From: Nitrospirota bacterium
GTDB taxonomy: Bacteria > Nitrospirota > Thermodesulfovibrionia > Thermodesulfovibrionales > UBA9159
Direction: 5' to 3'
Assembly (NCBI GenBank): GCA_963699545.1
Contig: CAVOUE010000005.1
Coordinates: 128,001 to 192,000 of the forward strand
Length of the DNA stretch: 64,000 bases
The translations under genes and the position numbers were made by a program. The notes below the pieces were generated by a model. The model ran no database searches. It was not told the origin of the DNA and saw only the letters and a list, made by a program, of their open reading frames with translations. Numbering within the stretch: the stretch's first letter is position 1; the number at the start of each line of letters is the position of its first letter. Of this stretch, positions 49,151 through 59,759 are shown piece after piece.

Positions 49151-49210
49151 GGGGACTGTCCCAGATTTACGGACGGAGCAACACGCAGTCGTAGAATCGG
49201 GACTGTCCCC
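49151..49210. repeat. 60-bp REP/MITE-like imperfect hairpin
   Basis: GGGGACTGTCCCAGATTTACGGAC...GTCGTAGAATCGGGACTGTCCCC; two copies of the near-palindrome GGGACTGTCCC. Confidence 0.6.
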
Positions 49211-49315
49211 GAACTGTGCTCTACTTCATTATCTGGGCGTGGGCATAGACGAAACAGGTTCGGATATCATCCCAAATATGGACAAAAAGCGAAATGGAGT
49301 TGCGGCTGTGAACGA

Positions 49316-50192
49316 GTTATGCGTAATTGCGTTCATGAATTCAATATCCTAGAGAGGTAAATATGAGTAATAGGCTCGATAGCATAATGGCTTTACTGAA
49401 ACGGTCAAAACAAGACTTGTCAAGAATTGAACAAGAGTACAACAAGTCATTACATGCGAAGAGAATTGATCCCAATCTTAAAATTGATATCAAAAATTAC
49501 TGCGAGAATTTACGCTCAGTCCTCGATTATCTCGCCAAAGATATTAGAGACAAATATTCTCCTGCAGCCAAGAGCAAGGATAGATTTTACTTTCCAATAT
49601 TACCGGATACTACTCAATTTGCCAGCCAAACTCAGAAATGGTTTCCGGACTTGCACAATAGTTGCCACGATCTATATGCTTTTATAGAAAGTATCCAGCC
49701 GTATCATTCTGAGAAAACGAAATTGATAGGATTATTTAATAAACTGAATAACGAGAATAAACATGGTGACTTAGTTGAACAAATAAGAACGGAGTCTAAG
49801 CAGGTCAAGGTTGATTTTCAAGGTGGTTCAGTAAGCTGGAATCCCTCATCTGTCAAATTTGGTTCAGGCGTACATTGGTGGCGTACCAGTGAACCCGAAC
49901 ACTCAAATGCCCATTCCACATCCGTCTCAAAAAGTTGAAATTATTACTTGGGTGGATTTCACATTTCAGGGAATAAATGTATCTGCGTTATGGTTATTAA
50001 AGGAATCTAATACGGGAATAGACAACATCGCCACTACAATCCAGAAATGGCTTTAGGGAATGCAGCAACTACACATAACACCGCGCAAACGGCTGACGCA
50101 CAAACTGCAAGGCTTCGTTTATCAAGAAGCTAAAGGGGCAGTTCTATTTAAGGGATGGCCGACACTTGAGATAACAAACAGGTTTGCGGCGC
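49316..50192 (+). mobile_element. Solitary integron-gene-cassette-like element
   Basis: Single AT-rich gene flanked by GTTATGCGTAATTGC (49316) and GCAACTACACATAAC (50065), inverted with 13/15 matches; attC-like sequence follows the stop; no integrase in the window. Confidence 0.5.
49363..50056 (+). CDS. AT-rich hypothetical protein, possible HEPN-like domain (frameshift near 49872)
   Basis: ENLRSVLDYLA..FYFP..LNNENKH; ORFs 49363-49938 and 49859-50056 join as SGV-YIGGVPVNP. Confidence 0.6.
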
Positions 50193-50226
50193 TCCTCTCA
50201 CTTATCGAACCTTCGGGGACGGCGCC

Positions 50227-51477
50227 CTACATCAACTGCACCAGCAACATCACGTTCAGGACCGTGACGATCACTGCCGTGCCCCAGAGAAGGACCTTAT
50301 GAGAAATAGGATTGGCGAATTTCCCCATGACCTTGGATGAAGAGGTCAGATAGATCAGGGCAAATATCGTGAGCGGCAGCTGCATACTCAGGATGATCTG
50401 GCTCCATATCATCGCCTGAAAGACGTTCGTCACGAAGAAGATTATCAAGAGTGCGCCAAAGAGAGTGATCACAACCCCCATTCGTGAATGGCTGTCTGCA
50501 GGATCAAAGGGCTCCTGAAAGGCACCGGCAAAGATGCTTCCCCCTGCCATGGCGGCGGTGATGGAGGATGAAAAGCCGGCAAAGATCAGCGCCAGGGCAA
50601 AGACAGAGGCCGCAGCGTTGCCGAGAAGAGGCTTCAAGGTTGCCTGCGCCTGGGGAAGCTCCGCCACCGTGATCCCGTTGGTGTAGAAGACCGAGGCAGC
50701 CACAATGATCATGGCGCTGTTGATGGCCCATCCCACGGTCATGGCAAAAAGCGTATCCGTAAATTCGTATTTCAGCTGTTTGCGTATCACCGCATCCCCC
50801 TCAAGGTTCCACTGCCTGCTTTGGATGATCTCTGAATGAAGGAAAATGTTGTGGGGCATCACTACCGCGCCCAGGACACTCATCACGATGGGGAGAGAGC
50901 CGGAGGGAACAGTCGGGATGACCCAGTTCGTCAGGGTCTCGTTCCATCCCACGTTTACGAGAGCCATCTCAAAGAGAAAAGAAAGCCCTATGAGGGAGAC
51001 AAAAGCTATTATCCATTTCTCCAGCCTGCGGTAACTGCGGGAAAGGAGCATAGAGGCAGCCAGAAGAGCAGAGAGAATCGCTCCGACGGTGATGGGTAAT
51101 CCCAGGAGCATGTTCAGCCCGATGGCCGCTCCCAGGACCTCTGCCAATGCAGTGGAGACCGAGGCAATCACTGCGGTGAGCAGGAACAGTCTGCTTATCC
51201 ATTTTCCGAGATATTTTGCAGATGCTTCGGAGAGGCATAACCCCGTGGCAATGCCCAGATGGGCAGCGGTGTGCTGAAGGATGATCAGCATGAGGGTCGA
51301 GAGGGTCACCATCCAGAGGAGAGAGTATCCATAGCCGGACCCTGCAGCAACGTTGGAGGCCCAGTTCCCCGGATCGATGAACCCCACCGTGACCAGGAAC
51401 CCCGGACCGATGTACTTTAGTATCTCCAGGCCACCGAACTTCGGCGCATGCTTTTCGAAAAGTTTTTCCAGGATCAT
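50227..51477 (-). CDS. mntH: Nramp family divalent metal transporter
   Basis: GPGFLVTVGFIDPGNW, GAVVMPHNIFLHS, SQIILSMQLP. Confidence 0.93.
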   Translation of the reverse strand: MILEKLFEKHAPKFGGLEILKYIGPGFLVTVGFIDPGNWASNVAAGSGYGYSLLWMVTLSTLMLIILQHTAAHLGIATGLCLSEASAKYLGKWISRLFLLTAVIASVSTALAEVLGAAIGLNMLLGLPITVGAILSALLAASMLLSRSYRRLEKWIIAFVSLIGLSFLFEMALVNVGWNETLTNWVIPTVPSGSLPIVMSVLGAVVMPHNIFLHSEIIQSRQWNLEGDAVIRKQLKYEFTDTLFAMTVGWAINSAMIIVAASVFYTNGITVAELPQAQATLKPLLGNAAASVFALALIFAGFSSSITAAMAGGSIFAGAFQEPFDPADSHSRMGVVITLFGALLIIFFVTNVFQAMIWSQIILSMQLPLTIFALIYLTSSSKVMGKFANPISHKVLLWGTAVIVTVLNVMLLVQLM

Positions 51478-51643
51478 GGAAGTTGCATTCCCAAATGAGT
51501 TCTTATGAACAAGTGTAGCAGTATTTTCAGGCCGATTCCACACAGCTCATCATGCGGGCTGTTTCCATTAAGTTTCCTTAATTCTCATTTCCCGGATGAT
51601 CAGTATAATAAACAACAAACTTCTTTAGCAGAAGGAGGACGGC

Positions 51644-52237
51644 ATGCATTCATATAAAGATTTAAGAAGTTCGGTGGTAACGCTGACGATACAGATCCTT
51701 TCCATAATCTTCAGCATATTGCTCGCTCTGAGCCTAAATGAGTGGAAGGAAGGCAAAAACAATGAACATCTGGCCCTCACAACCCTGAGGAATTTCAGGA
51801 TAGAGCTGGAGAACAACAAGAGAGCGATCGAGACCGCTTTGCGGGACCAGCGGAAATTCTTGCGTTCGCTGCAGGACGGCACGGCTCAGCTGCAGGCAAA
51901 AAACGAGAAGGTTCTTATCCTGCCGGAAATGAACCTCCCCGATGTCGTCACCTCTGCGTGGGAAACGGCCCTTTCGACAAAGGCGCTCGCCTATATCGAT
52001 TACGACGTGATCGTGAAGCTCTCCGAGCTCTACCTCCAGCAAAAATGGCTGCTTTCCCTGGAAGACAAAGTGTTCCAGACCATTCTCTCACCCTACTCCT
52101 ACGAAAAGAGGAACTCTGATAATCTGGCGAAATCCCTCTATGTGAGTCTGAAAAATATCATGGATGTGGAAGGGAAACTCCTTGCTATGTACGAAACATC
52201 CATCCAGAAGATAGAGGTCCAGGCGGAAAAACAGTAA
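51644..52237 (+). CDS. Hypothetical membrane-anchored protein
   Basis: RBS AGGAGG; IFSILLALSLNEWKE..ELENN..SAWE pattern. Confidence 0.65.
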   Translation: MHSYKDLRSSVVTLTIQILSIIFSILLALSLNEWKEGKNNEHLALTTLRNFRIELENNKRAIETALRDQRKFLRSLQDGTAQLQAKNEKVLILPEMNLPDVVTSAWETALSTKALAYIDYDVIVKLSELYLQQKWLLSLEDKVFQTILSPYSYEKRNSDNLAKSLYVSLKNIMDVEGKLLAMYETSIQKIEVQAEKQ

Positions 52238-52246
52238 CAGGACCGC

Positions 52247-53134
52247 CTATCCCCTCGTCAGGATCTCCATGATCTCCCTGTACCGCGCCGCGGTCTTTGC
52301 CACGATCTCGTCAGGGAGCACCGGTCCGGGCGCTGTCTTGTCCCAGTCCAGAGTCAAGAGGTAATCCCGGACTATCTGCTTGTCAAAACTGTCCTGACCT
52401 CGTCCAGGCTGATAATTTCTTGCCGACCAGAACCGCGAAGAATCGGGGGTGAGGATCTCATCGATGAGGATCACTTCCTTGTCATACATGCCGAATTCGA
52501 ACTTCGTATCCGCGATGATGATGCCCTTCTTCTCGGCGATCTCTCTTGCCTTTGCGTAGATCCTCAAACTGGAGTCCCTCAGTCTTGCCGCCACTGCCCT
52601 GCCCACGATCTTCTCAGTCTCTTCAAAGCTGATGTTGATATCATGACCCTCTTCCGCCTTTGTGGAAGGGGTGAAGATGGGCTGTTCAAGCCTCGACGAT
52701 TCCACCAGGCCTTGAGGCAGCCTGATTCCGCATACCGTGCTGTTTGCCCTGTACTCATTCCATCCGCTCCCGGAGAGATAGCCCCTCACGATGCACTCGA
52801 CCGGGATGGGTTTCGCTTTTCTGACCAGCATACTTCTGCCTTCGAGCATGTCCCTGTACTTCCTTAGCTCCTGCGGATACTCATCAACATCAGCAGCAAT
52901 GACGTGGTTCCTGATGATGTCTTCCATCTTTCTGAACCAGGAAAGGGATATCTGGGTCAGCACTTTTCCCTTTCCCGGAATGCCGTTGGGGAGGACAACG
53001 TCAAAGGCGGAGATCCTGTCCGTGGCAACAAGGAGCAGATACTCCGGAAGATCGTAAATGTCCCTGACCTTTCCCCGTCTCGGTATGCCGACATCCGGCA
53101 TCTCCGTCCTCAGCACAACCGTGTCAGCAGCCAT
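52247..53134 (-). CDS. purC: SAICAR synthetase
   Basis: [48 protein letters not shown]. Confidence 0.96.
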   Translation of the reverse strand: MAADTVVLRTEMPDVGIPRRGKVRDIYDLPEYLLLVATDRISAFDVVLPNGIPGKGKVLTQISLSWFRKMEDIIRNHVIAADVDEYPQELRKYRDMLEGRSMLVRKAKPIPVECIVRGYLSGSGWNEYRANSTVCGIRLPQGLVESSRLEQPIFTPSTKAEEGHDINISFEETEKIVGRAVAARLRDSSLRIYAKAREIAEKKGIIIADTKFEFGMYDKEVILIDEILTPDSSRFWSARNYQPGRGQDSFDKQIVRDYLLTLDWDKTAPGPVLPDEIVAKTAARYREIMEILTRG

Positions 53135-53174
53135 TGTCTTCCTCCTTTAGACCCGTAGTGTGATATAATAAGTC

Positions 53175-53690
53175 ATGGCGGTGCTCGAAATCAAAAAGTA
53201 TCCTGAAAAGGTGCTGAAACAGAAAGCTTCATCGGTAGTGGACATCGACGGGGCGCTGCAGCGCCTCATAGACGACATGCTCGAGACTATGTACGCGGCT
53301 CCCGGCATAGGCCTCGCCGCACCCCAAGTGGGCGTTTCAAAAAGCGTGATCGTCATCGATGTGAGCCACAGGGAGGAGGAGGACGAAAAGACACCCCTTG
53401 TCGTGCTCATAAACCCTGTGTTGAAAGCTGCCGAGGGTGAACTGGAAAGCGAGGAAGGATGCCTGAGCCTTCCTGGGTATGTCACCGCAGTAAACAGAGC
53501 GGAAAGGGTGTTGGTTCACGGCCTGGACAGAGAGGGCAGACCGGTGCAGATCGAGACTGAGGGACTCCTCTGCAGGGCTTTACAGCACGAGATCGACCAC
53601 CTCAACGGCACCCTCCTGATCGACAGGGTCAGTAGCATAAAGAGAGAGTTTTTCAAGAAGCGTTTTCACAAGGCGTTGTCAAAGGCCTGA
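53175..53690 (+). CDS. def: Peptide deformylase
   Basis: GIGLAAPQVG, EGCLS, QHEIDHL. Confidence 0.97.
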   Translation: MAVLEIKKYPEKVLKQKASSVVDIDGALQRLIDDMLETMYAAPGIGLAAPQVGVSKSVIVIDVSHREEEDEKTPLVVLINPVLKAAEGELESEEGCLSLPGYVTAVNRAERVLVHGLDREGRPVQIETEGLLCRALQHEIDHLNGTLLIDRVSSIKREFFKKRFHKALSKA

Positions 53691-53906
53691 CCAAACAATC
53701 TCGTTATTTTTCGTTTTATATATATTTCAGAATCACATAAGGCGGGCGGGTGAAGAATTTTCGTACGACACCTTATAAAAGAAACCTCTTGGGGCAAATA
53801 CAGAAAAGTCATACTTTTAACAAATTAAGGATATGCCATCTTAATATCTTTTCGATTAGAAAACTCCTGAAAACGCCTGCCCTATGTCTGCCTGAGGGAT
53901 AGCTCA

Positions 53907-54839
53907 TTGGCTATTGTATTTTTCGGCACGCCTGACTTCGCGGTCCCTTCCCTCAAAGCATTGGTGGGATCAGGTGAAGATGTCAGCCTTGTAGTGACAC
54001 AGACCGACAAAGTGAAAGGCAGGGGCCACAAACTCTCCCCTCCTCCGGTGAAAGTGGCTGCGCAGCGGGAAGGCATCAGCGTTCTCCAGCCCGGGAACCT
54101 CAGAGATGAACTTTTCTTCAGGGAGCTGGCATCGATCAAACCCGAATTCATCATCGTTGTCGCTTACGGGAAGATACTGCCAGTGACAATCCTCGGCCTG
54201 CCCTTGAGGGGTTGCATAAATGTGCACGCTTCCCTGCTGCCGAAATATCGTGGCGCTGCACCCATTGCGTGGGCTATATTGCAGGGCGACGAGACAACCG
54301 GGGTCACTACCATGCTCATGGATGAAGGGCTTGACACTGGTGATATCCTGTTGCGGCGGGAAATGGCAATCGGGAAGGAAGAAACAACAGGCACCCTCGG
54401 CAGCAAGCTGTCGGATCTGGGCGCTTCGCTGCTCATTGAGACGATCAAGGGGATTCGGGATGGTTCCGTCAAACCGGTTCCGCAGGCAGGAGAGACAAGT
54501 TATGCCCCTCTCCTCAAAAAGGAGGACGGCCGCGTAGACTGGTCAAGAAGCGCCGAAGAAATATTCAATTTCGTCCGTGGCATGCAACCATGGCCTGGAG
54601 CGTTTTGCCACATCGGCAATGAGAGGGTTACCCTTCTAAAGACGATGCCTGTGAACGGAGAAGGAACACCCGGGGTGGTTTCGGGAACCAAGAAGGACGC
54701 TTTCCTTATCGGCACGGGCCGCGGTCTGCTCTCCATTCTTGAACTTCAGCCTGCAGGGAGGAAGCCCATGGCGGCGTCCGCCTTCATTCACGGGAGAAAA
54801 CACGCAGAGGGGATTTCGGTGCAATGGCAGGAAGGTTGA
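53907..54839 (+). CDS. fmt: Methionyl-tRNA formyltransferase
   Basis: FFGTPDFA, VVAYGKIL, NVHASLLPKYRGAAPI, GLDTG. Confidence 0.96.
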   Translation: MAIVFFGTPDFAVPSLKALVGSGEDVSLVVTQTDKVKGRGHKLSPPPVKVAAQREGISVLQPGNLRDELFFRELASIKPEFIIVVAYGKILPVTILGLPLRGCINVHASLLPKYRGAAPIAWAILQGDETTGVTTMLMDEGLDTGDILLRREMAIGKEETTGTLGSKLSDLGASLLIETIKGIRDGSVKPVPQAGETSYAPLLKKEDGRVDWSRSAEEIFNFVRGMQPWPGAFCHIGNERVTLLKTMPVNGEGTPGVVSGTKKDAFLIGTGRGLLSILELQPAGRKPMAASAFIHGRKHAEGISVQWQEG

Positions 54840-55348
54840 TCAGAGGCGTAACCCTGAAGGTCTTCTATCCCCTGCTCATGCTGTTCGGCTCCTTTTCGTC
54901 CGGGAGGAAGGAAAAACTTCAGGGCCTTGTCATCGCGATGAACAACAGGTGCCTGGAAATGGAGAGACCAAGGGCAAAGCGGATACTTCTTCTCCTTCCC
55001 CATTGTTTCCAGATCAATGAATGTGATATACGTCTCACCTACAATATCCGCAACTGCAAGGGATGCGGAAAATGCGAGATCAAGGACCTGATTCAGATCG
55101 CAGATGACAACAACCTGAACCTTTTTGTTGCCACGGGGGGGAATCTGGCGAGGAAGATCGTGAACGATGTGCATCCCGAGGCGATCGTTGCAGTTGCCTG
55201 CGAGAGGGACCTGAGCAGCGGCATCGCCGATTCTTTTCCCCTCCCTGTGTTCGGCATCCCCAATGAGCGTCCTTACGGTCCCTGTTTCAATACAAAGGTC
55301 AGTCTCGAAAAAGTAAAACGGGCCATAGAGTTCTTCTGTAAGGGTTAG
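54824..55348 (+). CDS. DUF116 family protein
   Basis: LLLPHC..C..CKGCGKC..ATGG..AVACERDL..GPC. Confidence 0.85.
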   Translation: MAGRLIRGVTLKVFYPLLMLFGSFSSGRKEKLQGLVIAMNNRCLEMERPRAKRILLLLPHCFQINECDIRLTYNIRNCKGCGKCEIKDLIQIADDNNLNLFVATGGNLARKIVNDVHPEAIVAVACERDLSSGIADSFPLPVFGIPNERPYGPCFNTKVSLEKVKRAIEFFCKG

Positions 55349-55433
55349 TCCATGGAATCCGGGATTGAACAACGCGGCAGAGGGACAGGAGAAGAACCTT
55401 TATCCGCTTCCCGCAAGCATCTGGAACAGATAT

Positions 55434-56747
55434 ATGGAAAAGACAAGAGAACTGGCACTCAAGGCCCTTGAAGAAATATGGCAGAAGGACAAGAAGCCCA
55501 AGAATGTCCTTGAAGATCTCGCCGAATTCCTGGACAGGAGGGACAGGGCATTTCTTATGGAACTTGTCTACGGAGTTGTGAGGTTCAGGGACACCCTTGA
55601 CTGGGCCCTCAAGAGATTCCTGAAGAAGCCTTCGGCTCTGGGCCCGGATACCCTCAATAACCTGAGGCTTGCCGCATACCAGACACTCTTCATGCGCGTC
55701 CCCGATTGGGCCGCAGTGAACGAAGCGGTGGAACTTGAAAAAAAGCTCGGCAGACCCGAGGTGGTGAATGCGGTCTTAAGAAACCTGCTGCGTATCCCTG
55801 AAGCAGAACGACTCGACCTCGATGCGCTCAGAAACCAGGGAGCAGTCCCCCGCATCGCTCTCCGCACATCCCATCCCCGGTGGCTGATAAAACGCTGGGT
55901 CCGTCGATTAGGAGAGGAAGAGGCCTCCGCTCTCGCCGAGGCCGATAACCGTATTCCTCCCCTGACCCTTAGGGTGAATGCCCTGAAGACCACACGGGAT
56001 GACTTGATCGACAGGCTCTCCGGTATGGACATCCGGGGGGAACCGACCTCTCTTTCCCCTGACGGCATTAAACTGGAGGAGTTTCACCCATATAAGGAAC
56101 TCGCGGGCCTGAAAGGGTCTTTTGTAGTGCAGGATGAGGCATCACAGCTCATCTCGTACCTCCTCGATCCGCAGCCCGGCGAAAGGATACTGGACGCTTG
56201 CGCGGCGCCGGGTGGAAAAGCAACGCATATCGCCCAGCTGATGCGGGACGAGGGCGAAGTCGTGGCTGTTGAGCTTGACGGAGGAAGAATGGGACGTCTC
56301 AGGGAGAATATTCGGCATCTCGGCCTTTCTTCGATCCACGCCGTACAGACAGACATCCTGGAGTATTCGCTGAATGAACCCGTTGACAGGATCCTCCTGG
56401 ATGCACCGTGCTCTGCCCTCGGCGTGATCAGGAGGAACCCGGATGTTAAGTACCGCCATAGACCTCAGGACCTCCTGAGGTTCAGGGCGAACCAGCTGAA
56501 TATCCTCCGTCATGTTTCGCAGTTCCTGAAGCCGGGTGGTATAATGGTGTATTCCGTCTGCTCTACCGAGCCTGAAGAAGGAGAAGATCTCATAAAAGAA
56601 TTCTTGAAGGAATCCGGAGATTTCTATATTATAGATACAGCGCTTCCATTCCTGAAAGGGTTGATAAAAGACGGTTTCTTAAGGACCTATCCCCACGCGC
56701 ATGATATGGACGGATTCTTCGGAGTGAGGCTTTGCAGGAAGGCTTGA
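55434..56747 (+). CDS. rsmB: 16S rRNA m5C967 methyltransferase
   Basis: NusB-like N-terminus, SHPRWL, QDEASQ, DACAAPGGK, DAPCS, YSVCS. Confidence 0.94.
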   Translation: MEKTRELALKALEEIWQKDKKPKNVLEDLAEFLDRRDRAFLMELVYGVVRFRDTLDWALKRFLKKPSALGPDTLNNLRLAAYQTLFMRVPDWAAVNEAVELEKKLGRPEVVNAVLRNLLRIPEAERLDLDALRNQGAVPRIALRTSHPRWLIKRWVRRLGEEEASALAEADNRIPPLTLRVNALKTTRDDLIDRLSGMDIRGEPTSLSPDGIKLEEFHPYKELAGLKGSFVVQDEASQLISYLLDPQPGERILDACAAPGGKATHIAQLMRDEGEVVAVELDGGRMGRLRENIRHLGLSSIHAVQTDILEYSLNEPVDRILLDAPCSALGVIRRNPDVKYRHRPQDLLRFRANQLNILRHVSQFLKPGGIMVYSVCSTEPEEGEDLIKEFLKESGDFYIIDTALPFLKGLIKDGFLRTYPHAHDMDGFFGVRLCRKA

Positions 56748-57469
56748 GAAAAATAATAGCGGTTCCCCTCTACGTGCTGGGCTTTGTCCTCATGGGCCTG
56801 TTCTCAGGGTATCTTGCGTTCAAGGTCCTGAGTTTCAGCAAGACCGTGGAAGTTCCCGACCTCAGGGGAAAGACCATGGTGGAAGCCAATGCCATTCTCA
56901 TCAAGCAGCAGCTCTATCTGAAAGTGGAAGGTGAGGAGTATGATCCCGTTATCGTTCCAGGCCGTATTGTGAGGCAAGACGTGCCTCCGGGAAACAAGGT
57001 GAAAGAACAGCGGGGGATCAAGGTCTTTCTCAGCAGAGGGCCAAAGGTCTGGGCCATTCCGGAACTCACCGGCCAGACCATCGACGAAGCGGAGTCTGCG
57101 GTAAGCAAGAGTGGCCTGAAGGTTGAAAAAATCATCCGGCTTCACTCCGGGACTGTGGAGAAGGACAGGGTCATCGCCCAGAGACCTCATCCCGATGAAC
57201 CTCTGGTAGGAGGCCCTCCCCAAAAGCCACAGGACATTATGGGTCATCGCGGTCTCTCCCTTATTGTAAGTTCCGGTCCCTATGAAGCAGTATACGTCTG
57301 CCCGGATTTCACCGGCAGGACAAAGGATGACGCAACGGGTCTGGCAGAGAAACTCAGGCTTGTTCCGGAATTCACCGGTTCCGGCGAAAAAGTGAGGGCC
57401 CAGAAGCCGAAACCCGCTACACTGGTAAAATCAGGAGAGACCATTCATCTCCTGCTTGAAGGAGGATAA
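56744..57469 (+). CDS. PASTA-domain protein
   Basis: N-terminal TM; repeats VPDLRGK, IPELTGQ, CPDFTGR. Confidence 0.85.
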   Translation: MRKIIAVPLYVLGFVLMGLFSGYLAFKVLSFSKTVEVPDLRGKTMVEANAILIKQQLYLKVEGEEYDPVIVPGRIVRQDVPPGNKVKEQRGIKVFLSRGPKVWAIPELTGQTIDEAESAVSKSGLKVEKIIRLHSGTVEKDRVIAQRPHPDEPLVGGPPQKPQDIMGHRGLSLIVSSGPYEAVYVCPDFTGRTKDDATGLAEKLRLVPEFTGSGEKVRAQKPKPATLVKSGETIHLLLEGG

Positions 57470-57475
57470 CCCCGA

Positions 57476-58132
57476 ATGACCAGAATTGCCCCCTCTCTTC
57501 TCTCTGCCGACTTCATGCGGCTTGGTGAAGAGATAAAAGCGGCCGAGGCTGCCGGTGTCGATATGCTCCATCTGGACATCATGGACGGCCATTTTGTCCC
57601 CAACATCACCATAGGCCCCTTTGTGGTGGAGGCGATCAAGAAAGCCACAGAGCTTCCCCTGGATGTCCATCTCATGATCGAAGAGCCGGACCGGTATATA
57701 GCGGATTTCGTTAAGGCCGGAGCGGACTATCTCACGGTCCATATAGAAGCCTCAGTCCACCTCCACAGGACCGTCCACTGGATAAAAGACAGCGGGGTCA
57801 AGGCAGGGGTTTCGCTCAATCCCGCCACCCCGGTGTGGGGTCTTGATCACATTCTTGCCGACCTGGACCTCGTACTCCTCATGTCGGTGAATCCGGGATT
57901 CGGAGGACAGGGTTTTATTCCCCAGGTTCTCGGAAAAATAAAGACCGTGAAGGACATGCTCAGAGAGCGGGGTCTCTCGACTCCCATCGAGGTGGACGGG
58001 GGAGTGAAATACGACAATGCCAGGGAAGTGACTGATGCGGGTGCGGACATCCTTGTCATGGGTTCTGCTTTTTTCAGTTCCGGAAATTACCGTGAACTCA
58101 CCGTAAAACTGAGAGAGGTGCTTGATGCCTGA
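57476..58132 (+). CDS. rpe: Ribulose-phosphate 3-epimerase
   Basis: IAPSLLSADF, HLDIMDGHFVPN, DVHLM, MSVNPGFGGQ, EVDGG. Confidence 0.97.
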   Translation: MTRIAPSLLSADFMRLGEEIKAAEAAGVDMLHLDIMDGHFVPNITIGPFVVEAIKKATELPLDVHLMIEEPDRYIADFVKAGADYLTVHIEASVHLHRTVHWIKDSGVKAGVSLNPATPVWGLDHILADLDLVLLMSVNPGFGGQGFIPQVLGKIKTVKDMLRERGLSTPIEVDGGVKYDNAREVTDAGADILVMGSAFFSSGNYRELTVKLREVLDA

Positions 58133-59213
58133 GAGTATCTTTTTTAAAGCCGAACAAATGAGGGAGAACTCCCGGTTCAGGGAAGCGCTTTCGCTTTACA
58201 AATCAGCGCACAGGAAGTATAAGGCCGCCGGCGACTGCGGCGGAGAGCTGAGCTGCCTCCTCTCCCTCGGGGATACCAGCAGGATGGTTGGCGATTTTCC
58301 GGCTGCGGCGGATGCATACATTGAGGCCTTTTCGCTGAGCAGGAAAAGCGGGGAGAGACTCATGACCGCTGATGCAATGATCGGATTGGGTTTATCAGTA
58401 AGGGCCATGGGCGACTGGCAGAAGGCATTGAACCTGTTCTCCGACGCGGAGAAGATATACAGGAAGAGATCCGACAGGAACGGCATCGCCTTTACCCTCT
58501 GGGCCAGAGGAGGCGCCTTCAGGGTGGGAGGCGATATAAAAAATGCCTTCAGATCGTTCAGGGATGCAAAGAGGATCTATCAGGCCCTCGCCGAAGAGCC
58601 CGACGCACTGTGGGGCACGGCATACTGCCTTTGCGGTCTGGGCGGTGTCTCAAGGGTTGCAGGTCTCTTTGACGATTCCATGGAATATTACACCTCCGCA
58701 AACGGGCTGCTGTCCTCCCTGAAAGACCGCTTCGGCACCGCCTATTCACACTGCGGCATCGGCAACGCCCTCAGGATGAAGGGGGACTATGACGGGGCCA
58801 TGAAGCACCTGAAAAGGGCGGAAGCCATTTACCTCCGCATCGGGGACATCGTGAGTTATTCTTACACCCTGTGGAGCGTGGGCATGACGCTGATGATGAA
58901 GGGAAAATATGAAGGGGCCCGGAGATACTTCAGAGAGGCTGTCGCCAACTTCATAAAGACGAAGGACGCCAGAGGGATCATCTATTGCAAGCTCGCCACG
59001 GCAGAGGTGCTGTTCCTGACGGGACAGAAAACTCGTTCAAAGCGGTTGATCACAGAGGCTCTCGACGAGGCCATGGGAAACCGTTTCGCCCTTGAGACAT
59101 GCCATTCCAGGGCCCTCCTTGATTTTGTGGTCAGTGGGAAGAAGAACAGTTCCTGCTACAGGGGGATAGGCCTGAGGCTGAGATTTACCCCCCTCCCCTT
59201 CAATATCCCTTAA
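58125..59213 (+). CDS. TPR repeat protein
   Basis: Successive TPR helices (AYCLCGLG, AYSHCGIG). Confidence 0.8.
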   Translation: MPESIFFKAEQMRENSRFREALSLYKSAHRKYKAAGDCGGELSCLLSLGDTSRMVGDFPAAADAYIEAFSLSRKSGERLMTADAMIGLGLSVRAMGDWQKALNLFSDAEKIYRKRSDRNGIAFTLWARGGAFRVGGDIKNAFRSFRDAKRIYQALAEEPDALWGTAYCLCGLGGVSRVAGLFDDSMEYYTSANGLLSSLKDRFGTAYSHCGIGNALRMKGDYDGAMKHLKRAEAIYLRIGDIVSYSYTLWSVGMTLMMKGKYEGARRYFREAVANFIKTKDARGIIYCKLATAEVLFLTGQKTRSKRLITEALDEAMGNRFALETCHSRALLDFVVSGKKNSSCYRGIGLRLRFTPLPFNIP

Positions 59214-59223
59214 TGGAAAAGGT

Positions 59224-59759
59224 ATGGGCATTCTGAATATTCCGAACACGCTCACCATGACGAGGATCGTCCTTATCCCCCTCTTCGTGACATCGGTGAT
59301 TTACAACAGATATGACTATGCACTTTCCCTCTTTGTCGTAGCCGCCCTCACCGACATGTTCGACGGGTTGATCGCCGGGTCAAAAGCCAAAAGACACTCT
59401 TTGGCAGTTTCCTTGATCCAATGGCCGATAAATTCCTTCTCGTGACTTCATTTATCCTTTTTTCGATGTATGACAAGACACCGAAGTGGCTCACGATCAC
59501 CATCATAAGCAGGGACGTTATCGTCGTTACGGGCTGGATCATCCTTTACCTCATCACGCATACCGCAAAGGTCGAACCCTCACTCCTCGGGAAGACAGCC
59601 ATCACCAGCCAACTGGTCCTCATCTGCTATATCCTCCTCGATATCAACGTTCCCCACCTGCCCGCCATACGCCCTTATCTGATATGGATCACCGCGGTAT
59701 TTACAATACTCTCGGGACTGCACTATATTTATAGGGGACTGAAACAGACCAATGCATAA
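59224..59759 (+). CDS. pgsA: CDP-alcohol phosphatidyltransferase PgsA (frameshift near 59377)
   Basis: NIPNTLTMTR..TDMFDGLIA[R]..GSFLDPMADK; adding one C in GCCGGG restores the DGxxAR motif. Confidence 0.85.

Noticed and set aside
49044-49352. 102-aa ORF after the strong promoter
   Set aside because: It runs through a pyrimidine tract, the REP-like hairpin and the cassette boundary, with no protein-like features.
50060-50302. 80-aa ORF after the cassette gene
   Set aside because: It overlaps the attC-like sequence and the mntH 3' end; probably spurious.
53691-53906. AT-rich 216-bp gap between def and fmt as an sRNA or insertion scar
   Set aside because: No repeats, stable hairpin or ORF that I could support.
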